Origin: Dimargaris cristalligena
Taxonomy: Eukaryota
DNA: 20,000 bases
Reading direction: 5' to 3'
Assembly (NCBI GenBank): GCA_003614675.1
Contig: ML002232.1
Location: forward strand, 45,942 to 65,941
Positions within the stretch are counted from its first letter, which is position 1. Each line of letters starts with the position of its first letter. The notes under the pieces were generated by a model. It had not been told where the DNA came from, searched no databases, and was given only the letters and a program-made list of their open reading frames with translations. This document shows, one piece after another, positions 1 through 8,865 of the stretch. The translations under genes were made by a program, and so were the position numbers.

Positions 1-492
1 AAGGCCTCCGATAACTAAGCTAGATATTTTCTTTTGGCCGAGCTCATCTGGTCATCGGGCGAGAGAAACCAGCCCATTTACAAATCGGTATCAATTTACT
101 ATACGATGTCACCCGAAACTATGCTATGCACGCATTATTATATAGTAATTCATCGCTATTTCATATATTATACCGCCGCTTCGCTCCTCCGAGGTTGAAG
201 ACCCTATATGTAACAGTTTCCCCACTTTCATTCCAATTCATTCACGACCTCGCCCGCCTTGTCTACAACATATTCCTACCGCTTTGTATTGTTGCCAAAA
301 ACAACGCCCCCGGTCGTACGCCCGCCGTTTATTTGTATCAGGATTAATTCGGGGCTTTTCGCGGTCTGGGCTATTTCGCCCCCTATTCATCCCGTCGACT
401 GTAAACTTCCCACTGGGCGCATTTCCTCCGCTATTCGAGTCACACCGCTGGTCAGCCGAGCCCGACCCCATTCGTTCAATTTCGCCCATACC

Positions 493-1527
493 ATGCCTGC
501 GATCTTACATGTCCTTCGGAACGATCATATTATCCAAGATGGACCGGACCCGGTCGTTAACTACGACCGGCACTGGTTCAACACCACCAGTATGGCCATG
601 ATAGCCCTAGCTGGGACCCTCTTGATTCATATCAGTAACGCCGTCACATCGGTCCGACTCAACTTTAAACACCGTATCCCGTCTCTGTTTTTGGTCGCCA
701 TGATCCAGTCGCTGGTTGCCGTGGGCTGTCACTTCTGCCGCTCGTCCGATTTTTTTTTTGTCACCGACTGTCAGTTCAAGCCATACCTTAATAACTTCTG
801 CTACGCCCTTTCCACTGGTCTTATTATTGCTGGATTTAGCTGGCAATTGGCCAAAGCCACACCCTACTTCTGGTCTTTTATGTTCTTTGGCTTGCTTTGC
901 CAGGGCGCCAAGCATATCCCCGCTATTATCTACACCGTCCACATGACGGTGGGTACTGGATACTTTCAAGAGTGCCACTATGCCACGCCACCTTTTGATG
1001 CCTTTCTTTTTTTGATTAGCGAGATTATGGTTTACGCTACCATGATTCTGGCCTGGGCCGTGATTATACCCATCCGGGTCTATCGCCACAACCAGCCCTG
1101 GAAATCGGCAATCTATTACTACGGGGCCATTTATACGGTGGTGTGCTGTATCCTCGGCATGGCCATTCTTTGTATGATCATAACCGGCCACACCTTTGAC
1201 CTCCACTTGGAAGTATTTTTCCAGTCCAAGTGGGCCATCGAATCAATGGCCCTCACCGCTCAGTTGAAGCGCCTGCACCAGGAATTGCGCGAATTTCGAC
1301 GCAGCCAAGGTGACCAGCCCATTTCCGGTTTCGTCAATTTCAATTTGAAGCATGTGCGTACTCCCGGCAAACCGTCGCCGGGCGGTTCAAACACGAGTAC
1401 CCTGGCTAATACCATCAGATATATGCGGGACCGCGTTCGGAGCACGACTAGCAGTCTCGCCACTGGATCCGGGGGCACCTACAAAGCCCCATCGGAAATA
1501 GAATCGGCAACTACTAGCCGTTCGTAA
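493..1527 (+). CDS. Seven-transmembrane GPCR-like membrane protein, paralog A (344 aa, intronless)
   Basis: ATG at 493 (MPAILHVLRNDH...) is chosen over the upstream ORF start at 259 because similarity to the paralog at 3334 begins here and the upstream part looks like pyrimidine-rich UTR. Seven hydrophobic segments, a Cys before TM3 (TDCQFKPY), a Cys in the TM4-TM5 loop (GYFQECH), and a Ser/Thr-rich C-tail. Confidence 0.85.
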   Translation: MPAILHVLRNDHIIQDGPDPVVNYDRHWFNTTSMAMIALAGTLLIHISNAVTSVRLNFKHRIPSLFLVAMIQSLVAVGCHFCRSSDFFFVTDCQFKPYLNNFCYALSTGLIIAGFSWQLAKATPYFWSFMFFGLLCQGAKHIPAIIYTVHMTVGTGYFQECHYATPPFDAFLFLISEIMVYATMILAWAVIIPIRVYRHNQPWKSAIYYYGAIYTVVCCILGMAILCMIITGHTFDLHLEVFFQSKWAIESMALTAQLKRLHQELREFRRSQGDQPISGFVNFNLKHVRTPGKPSPGGSNTSTLANTIRYMRDRVRSTTSSLATGSGGTYKAPSEIESATTSRS

Positions 1528-3333
1528 CCATCAAACTGGTTCGGCCACCTTTAGGCTCAGGTAACCGATATCCAATTTGATGGATTTCGTCTTAATTTCA
1601 AATGTTTTTACTTTCCTATTTTGAGCTCCAACCTTGTTTATCAACCCGTAAACTCAGGCCACTATTTTCTATACCCACTCTTTACCCTAAATATCTAATA
1701 TAATCACATGCCAATTTTAATGACTAGCGGGTGGAGGTGTACGGGGAATGCAGTACTTGAGGATCCTCGCTTAAACCCAGCACTTGGTATGCGAGAAAGG
1801 CAAAAATTAATGTGATGTGGTGATGATTGCAGAGGTCAGCAACCTGACTCAATCAGCAACAGGGATGGTTGTCGGATACTTGCAGTCATCCACTCTAGGC
1901 AGGCCTAGAACGGTTGGGAGGCGAGTCCAGGAGGAGCAATGTGTTGCTGACCCTGCCCACAATACAGCCTGAGTATAGGGGGTCCTCTCCTGATTTACGC
2001 CCAGTAAGGCGCGGCTGAGAACTAATCAGGTGCCTCTTATTTATACTCCTGAAAAATACCGAGTTGGCCATACTACATAAATAATGAATCTGGTATCCAA
2101 ACTCATTTAACGTCTAATTTTGACGCCACGTTCTTGCCATTCTTAATTGTTCGTATTTTAGTACTAGCCTTCTCTGGCTGCTAGTCTATATATTAAGCTG
2201 GGATCTAGGCAGGAATCTGTTCCTATCACCCAGACTGACTCTGGGCCTTTAGCGACGGTTCATCGCTTCCTTATTTACACCGCCTCATATCAATACACAC
2301 CCGTGCCTCGGCTTCGACACACCATTTGCCTATTCTCTTAGGTACCATCTACCACAAGCTCCGCTTTAGTCATTGTGAGATCCTTGGTGCATCACATTGG
2401 CTATGGGATCCAGTATACAGCAACTTCCCCTCCCAGTCATCCTGTGTATGAGCTGATTCAGTCAACTGGTAAACAAGTCGGTGTCCATTTATATAATAAT
2501 TGCAGATGGGACTCAATCGGTGGCTACGCAAACGACACTGGCGTGGCGAGCGCAGGAGAGGAGCCTACTCCCACCCTTTCTTGTCCACACTCGTCCCCCC
2601 CAGATGGCTCACCACTCTCATGGGGAACAGAGTCGCTAGAAAAACCTATCAGGACGCAGATGAAATGAGTGCTGGTTCCCTTTTCAAAGTGGTTGAGGCA
2701 GCTGGGCCCAGTGTAAGCGCGCTGTACGAATCTGCAGTTGAACGATTTAAGTATTGGTTGTCTGCAGTCTAGTTCCTCATCTTCTTTTGTACAAATTGCG
2801 AGCATCACCCGTAGGAAAGTGGGGAAGGTGTAGCAATTTCTCCTGAAGCCGGTGTCTAGGCGGCTGGTGGTGGAAGGAGTTCGAATTCACTCGTGTGTTC
2901 AGCAGTATATCATTCTCTCCGGCTTATTACATCGACTATACCAGGAACAGATGTAAAAAAAACACAGAGAAGCCCGCATCGCTCTTCATCTACCCGCCGA
3001 GCTATGCTTGTAATATAAAAGAGGTTGGTGATCACTCCTCTTCTTACTGATTCCACGTCTGTGCCCTTTTGTTATTAACTCCAATTAACTTAATTATCCG
3101 TACTTTTTTTTATTCAATTGGCTTCTTTTATCCATTCCCGCTTCTCGGGTGCCCATGTTCTAATCGTATAAAGCTTTTCATCGCATACCTATGTGATTTA
3201 CTTTTCCCGGCCGCCGGTCGAATTGTCCGTATTTTGTATTTTCTGATAGTCCATCGACCATTACTTTGTCTATACTATATATATACATCTTCGGCCGTTT
3301 CTACTCTATCTACCACTCCATAGACCTACGCCA

Positions 3334-4368
3334 ATGTATATCCCGCAAGTCCTTCAGCCCCGGGCGGGTATGTACATTACGAATGGCACTGACCCTATTG
3401 TGAGCTACGACCGCGAGTGGTTCACAACCACCAATATGGGTATGATAGCCTTCGCTGGTACCCTATTAATCCACATCAGTAACGCCATGGTGTCGACTCA
3501 ACTTAATTTCAAGCACCGGGCCCCGTCCATGTTCACGGCGGCCATGTTCCAGTCCGTCATTTCCATCGGCTGCCACCTCAGTCGCGTGTCCGACTACTTC
3601 TGGGAAACCAACTGCAATTTCAAACCCTACTTCAACAACTTCTGCTACTGGTTCTCCACCGCCGTCGTCATGGGGGTGTATATATGGCGTATTGCCCAAG
3701 CCTGTCAGTTCTTCAATTTCGCCCTTTCGATTGGTCTGATTCTACAGGTTCTTAAATTCGCGGGCGCCCTGGCCCTGACCCTCGAAATGACCATGGGTAA
3801 GGGCTACTTTCAAGAGTGTCATTTTGCCGCCCCGCCCCAGATGTTCACCTATCTGCTGGGGTCCGAACTGCTCTGCTACAGTGCGTTGATTGCGGCGTGG
3901 TTCGCCCTCATGGCTTACCAGCGATGGGGGAAAAAATCACATTGGCGAAAAGCGCTGTTCCGGCACGGGGGCATCTACACGGTGGTCGGGTGTAGCTTCT
4001 GTCTGATCCTGGAATGTATGATATTGACGGGCAATACGTTTGGCATTTTGGTCGACGCCATCATGCAAATCAAATGGTCAGCCGAGTCACTGGCGCTTAC
4101 CCGCCAGCTCCAAGCCTACCACCATGAGATCCAGGGTCTCAACGACCCCATGTCTACCTCGCACGAAGCTAGAAGGCCGCCCCGTCGTCACCATCGACCC
4201 CAGCGCTCGCAAATCACGGATTCGGACGGTATGATTACCGCCAATAGTGGCAGTACGGCCATTGCGTTGGGCTCTAGTAGGCAACACAGATCGACCAAGG
4301 ACGAAAAATCCTTCTCCATGGCCAGTTTCCCCATGTCGGCGTCTCCGGATATCTCCATCGAAATGTGA
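3334..4368 (+). CDS. Seven-transmembrane GPCR-like membrane protein, paralog B (344 aa, intronless)
   Basis: Clean ATG..TGA ORF. Aligns by eye with 493..1527 across the 7TM core (DPxVxYDRxWF, AGTLLIHISNA, LNFKHR, CxFKPYxNNFCY, GYFQECH, IYTVV, QxKWxxESxALT). Ser-rich C-tail. Confidence 0.88.
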   Translation: MYIPQVLQPRAGMYITNGTDPIVSYDREWFTTTNMGMIAFAGTLLIHISNAMVSTQLNFKHRAPSMFTAAMFQSVISIGCHLSRVSDYFWETNCNFKPYFNNFCYWFSTAVVMGVYIWRIAQACQFFNFALSIGLILQVLKFAGALALTLEMTMGKGYFQECHFAAPPQMFTYLLGSELLCYSALIAAWFALMAYQRWGKKSHWRKALFRHGGIYTVVGCSFCLILECMILTGNTFGILVDAIMQIKWSAESLALTRQLQAYHHEIQGLNDPMSTSHEARRPPRRHHRPQRSQITDSDGMITANSGSTAIALGSSRQHRSTKDEKSFSMASFPMSASPDISIEM

Positions 4369-4770
4369 CACTGAATAGAAGATATATTTCCCCTAATTAC
4401 ATCGATCAACTCTGTATGACTCTTCCTAAGCCGCTACTACTATTTTGTACTAAACCGAAAAAAAAACAAAGGCTTCAAACGTGGTGACATGGGCACAGAG
4501 TATGGCGATATCAGTGAAAGATGTTTTGAGATGAGTCAGGATATACTGAGGCGGTAGGTGATAGTTATAAAAAGGTGGGTAAAAGTTGTTGCCAATTCAG
4601 GTGTGTATGTATACTGCCAGCTAGTGCGGCCTGGTGAGAACACAAATAGTGAACAAAAATTTGGCAGTAGTTATGGGGAACTATATTTTGGATAAAAGGG
4701 TTTATTTATAATAGGCGGCTTTATCGAGTGAAGTATATGGGGGGATTCGTTTATAAAAACATAACATGTA

Positions 4771-5378
4771 CTATTGGTCTTTGCCCTTGGGACCGTTCTT
4801 CTTGTCACTCCAAGACCAATTTTGGACGTTGATTTCGAATTGGTGTAGACGGTTAACGGCATTGTGAATTTCCGAATTCCAGGCGCTCTTAGTCCGGGGT
4901 ATTATACTATTGAAAAGGCGGTCTTTTTCGGTCCAATACACAGTTAGAATATGGGGGACGGCCGAGGAGTGGTCCACGATGTCATTCTTCGTGTCGTCGG
5001 AAGTATTCTATAATCCAGCAAGAATACCATGGTTAACCCCAATAATAGACAATGGTTGAAAGGGGAGGGGGGGTTAGTGGGGGAAGTGAGGTAAAATTAC
5101 AGGCATAGTCCCAAATGGGTAGAGATGGTGCTATAGCTAGAGTGGCCATTCCCTTGGGTTGGAACACGGCCAACCTGTCACAGCTTGGGGTCAGGCAGCA
5201 AGCCATTGGAACTTACATCGGGGGTGCCACCCATCTCCGTACGGAGATTGGCATTTACACGCTTGAGAAGCGACTGGTTTTCCTCTAACTTTTTCAGGAC
5301 ATCGACGCTGACGGCGTAGTAGGCACCAGCGGCAACAATGAGACCGCCAAGGAAGGACACCGAGCGAGAGGCAGCCAT
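4771..5378 (-). CDS. MIC12: MICOS complex subunit Mic12 (Aim5)-like protein, about 132 aa, 2 exons (5378-5217, 5007-4771)
   Basis: Exon 1 (MAASRSVSFLGGLIVAAGAYYAVS...GGTPD) has an N-terminal TM helix and ends at GAT|GTAAGT (phase 0). The intron 5216-5008 has a TTAAC branch-like site and a TAG acceptor. Exon 2 is in frame and contains KSAWNSEIHNAVNRL, matching the K-x-x-W-N-x-E-I-x-x-A-V motif recalled for fungal Mic12. Confidence 0.75.
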
Positions 5379-5967
5379 TGGGGGGGTTCGGGATGGTGAA
5401 GAAAGGTGAGAAATGAACCGTTGCAAGTAATCGTTGCGGTTTGATAGGAAATAGGTTAAGAAAGCAATGAAGCGGTTGGATTTGGTTGAATCGTGCTAGT
5501 AAGAGACAGGTATGAATGGGCCGGAATTGACCAATGCAAAGACTATAGGGTGGCGTGTAAAATTCAGCGAAGCAATTCCACTGTGACAGAGTATGAGTAA
5601 TAGTAACCACCCCAACCATAAATGCTCCCACATCCCGGGATTTATAATGAGCATCTTAATATGAACACAACCGGAGTGAGTGGTCCAATACAGCCGCTAG
5701 GCCTGTGCTCATATATAAGCCAAATTAGATAGCCGTTGTCCACATTCTATTGCTAATTTCTCCAAATTGAATTTAGTCATATTTATATAAAAATAACTAT
5801 TGGTTACTGAATTCTTCATTAAAAAGAGTAATGGTAAAGCTGAATGTTAAATAGAGCGGGTATGCGTAGTGAATGACATGTCATAATCACACCCGTAGAT
5901 AAAATGCTACGCACCCGGCGGTGTATTGTCACTAAACATTTCAAGCACCGACTCTTCCCCAATTAGC

Positions 5968-6933
5968 TTAGTGCCCCCACCAACTCAGTTTCTTAGTTTG
6001 CAACGGCTCCAGCTGCTGTTGGGGCTTTGGTAGTGACTTCTGTTGCTGAAGTTTGCCGCCATTCATGGCCAAGGTTTCTTCCCGCATTTGATTAGCCAAC
6101 CGCATGGCCTGGGTCTCGGGCTGGCGGAACAAATGAAGGGCCTCGGTTTCAAGAACCGTATCGCGGTTATACGGCTGGGTCGGCAGTGTAGTGATATTTT
6201 CAATCTCTTTCGGGTCCCGCAGAATTCTTTCCAAGGTGGCCAAAGTTTCCGCGGAGCAAACGACATTCGGGTGGTCGTTCAGTTTAAACAGGGGGCTGGG
6301 AGTTTGGTTTCCCACCGACCCTTCTTCTTCCTCTCCCTTCCACTCCTCATCGTCGGACCAGGAAGTCGTGGGCGGGTCCGAGGGATCCATAGCAGAGGAA
6401 TTCGTTTTGAAACACTGAAGGAGGGCCTCGGGGTCCACATTAGCCTCTTTCAAGACCTCAAGGACATCGCCAAAGAGGTGGTTGATACTTTCGTACTCCT
6501 CGGCTTCTTGACGAAGGCGGGTGCGAAGGTCAACCACGGGGAAATCGGATTGGGCTTCCGTTTGAACGGCCATATCACGGTACAGCTTGCCGTTTCGGGA
6601 GGTGCTGGTGGTGAGATCTGAGGGCCCGAGTCCCTCGCTAAGGACACGACCAGCTGGTTCGGCGGGGACTACGGGGAGTTGAGTTTTTTTGCTCAGCGGG
6701 ACGTATGCCAATCGGATGAATTTCATTTCCGGATTAGTGGCCAATCGGGCCATAGAGGGCGGTAGCTCATTTTTGGGGATGAAGGGCAATAACTGCGAAC
6801 GCAAGTGGTATGCCGAGCCGGGGCCGTCGGCAATAGACGAAGCGGCACTTGGACTGATTTGATAGGTGACCAAAATTAATGCGGTCCCGACCAGCGAAAG
6901 TCGGGTTACCAAGGTCGATAACTTGCCAAGCAT
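5968..6933 (-). CDS. Hypothetical secreted protein, 321 aa, no recognised domain
   Basis: ATG at 6933 (MLGKLSTLVTRLSLVGTALILVTYQISPSAASS...) gives a signal-peptide-like N-terminus; the upstream ORF extension is AT-rich and UTR-like. Acidic middle region, Gln-rich C-terminus, and TATA-like sequence around 7082-7093. Confidence 0.75.
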   Translation of the reverse strand: MLGKLSTLVTRLSLVGTALILVTYQISPSAASSIADGPGSAYHLRSQLLPFIPKNELPPSMARLATNPEMKFIRLAYVPLSKKTQLPVVPAEPAGRVLSEGLGPSDLTTSTSRNGKLYRDMAVQTEAQSDFPVVDLRTRLRQEAEEYESINHLFGDVLEVLKEANVDPEALLQCFKTNSSAMDPSDPPTTSWSDDEEWKGEEEEGSVGNQTPSPLFKLNDHPNVVCSAETLATLERILRDPKEIENITTLPTQPYNRDTVLETEALHLFRQPETQAMRLANQMREETLAMNGGKLQQQKSLPKPQQQLEPLQTKKLSWWGH

Positions 6934-8865
6934 TTTCGAAGTTGGCAAGGAGCGGTATATTGGGGTGCAAATAATAATATAAAATAAACTTAACGTTAAA
7001 ACTGATGTTCGGAAATGCCAAATATAAATAATTAAAATATCATGAAGGTTGTGAATAATAAGGAAATACAAAAAAAGGAGCTTATAATATAAAGGTATTG
7101 CTAGACAGAATAATAAAAACCTGTGCTCTTTAAAGTCATCACGGAGGGAAGGTGGCTCTGCTATTGCTAGCCAGGGCGAAAGCGGTGGATTTATTTATGC
7201 GCGAAGGAAGCTGGCGGGGAATGGGCGCCAGTAACTATTATTGTTACATATGTGTAACTCGGGAGCTAAGCCACCACAGGACTTGGGGAAAAACGGCACA
7301 GAAAGATGAGAGGGGAGGCTCCACAACTATTCATACGTACTCCGCCGAGATTGGGCTAACCATTGGCCATTTTCCTGCGACGCCCATGAAGTACTAGGGC
7401 CCCGTTGCTTTAAGGTCAAGGTCGCCGATTAACTCAATTAGCGTGGTCTTTACATTTTCTGTTCTATTAATACGGATCCCCTGATTTGAGGTTGGGTTGC
7501 GCTGGGGGGAGGAAGCTGTGCACCGTTTACACTTGTGTGACATTTCACTCCAATATCCTCAGCATTGGCCTTATTTGCCAGCCACATTAGTCCACTCGGC
7601 TGATTCTTCATACCATTCTCTATCCTACTCTAGTGTTGTTAGATGGCTGAAAAGCAGTGTTTCCGGTATAGTCCCGTCCGACATGCCATGCTTGATTAAT
7701 GGCGGTTGATATCCCATCCCGCTTATAGTTAAGACGGCAATTATGTGTTTAGCCTATTTTTACCCTACCAATGTACACTGTGATAGTCACCATTTTTATC
7801 AATAATGCAATTAATACTTTGCAATTATTTTATCGTCGATACATTTCTAACAATTTCACCTATTATTTGCAGTCCTCTGTATCTACTTTACGACACAATG
7901 AGCCTTTCTTTAGTATTAGAATTGACAAAAAAAAATTCGAAATCTTGGAAAGAAAACACAACAGTTGTCTACTCATTGACACTCATATTTCGGAGCTATC
8001 ATTTATTTAAATGTAGTATTTTTGTTTTTTGCTAGCAATGCCAAACCCCCCAGCCACTGTAATTACCTATTCCCTATGGTCCTACCCAGGGTCTACCATG
8101 AGTTTCAGCGCTTCCGAATCCAGCCAGTCTAAGCCCTCGAAAAACCCAAAACTTGTTGGCTGAAAGTCCTCCATTGCGACGTTGAAACAGCCAGAGAAGG
8201 AAGACATGGGCGTTTCACAGTTCCCTAAACCTAATACGTCGGGGGCGGCGTCACCCAACAATACATATGCGTGCTGACATGTTCAAGATCCCCAAGTTCC
8301 CTATATTATTTAATTTTGCCACCCCTGTTAATATATACAGATTTAAAACCTGCTTGGTTACACTCTACCCTTAACAGGGGAAGGTTTGCGGAAGGTACAG
8401 CAATAGAAAAGTTGAGACTGATCGATTAAGTGGTCCCCACTAATTACTTCAACATCATAGTGAAATGCAAGTTCTTCACAGGTCCTGTGAGAACTAGCCC
8501 AAACCTCACTTGACTCTCATCTGTGGATAGTATTTATACCCCTTAGTTAACTTTGGACATGGCTCTGATATACCGCTAAAGTCATTTTATAAGTAACCTA
8601 TTCCCTTCCAACAATTGATCTAATATAATTCGATAGACTGTTGTGGAAATATGGGCCAAGCCCGTCCAGAAAAGGGTTAAATTCATATATCCATGAGCCA
8701 GAGAAAAAAACTTGAATTTGGCGTAAATTAGAACACTCGGAGCTTAAGATAATAATGGTAATAAAAATAATAATAGATTCATTGAAGTTCAAGCTAATAC
8801 TGAATAGCTAGTCCCGAACAATCCTACCCAGCTAATCATAACTACATGGCTGATTTAATTAACCA

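Noticed and set aside
259..492. 78-aa N-terminal extension of receptor A in the ORF track
   Set aside because: It begins at a non-ATG codon, has no counterpart in paralog B and has UTR-like composition; ATG 493 gives the same length as the paralog.
607..1206. Long antisense ORFs (also 6043..6621, 10349..10876, 15451..15855, 16030..16473, 17624..18196)
   Set aside because: These are shadows of real coding regions on the opposite strand, with no independent motifs.
2845..2895. tRNA/B-box-like GAGTTCGAATTC
   Set aside because: No pairing T-stem, acceptor stem or anticodon arm can be built around it.
7771..8035. Short ORFs in an AT-rich stretch
   Set aside because: Biased I/F/Y/N composition typical of AT-rich non-coding DNA; no recognisable features.
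8221..8234. Telomere-like CCCTAAACCTAA
   Set aside because: Only about two imperfect units, which is expected by chance.
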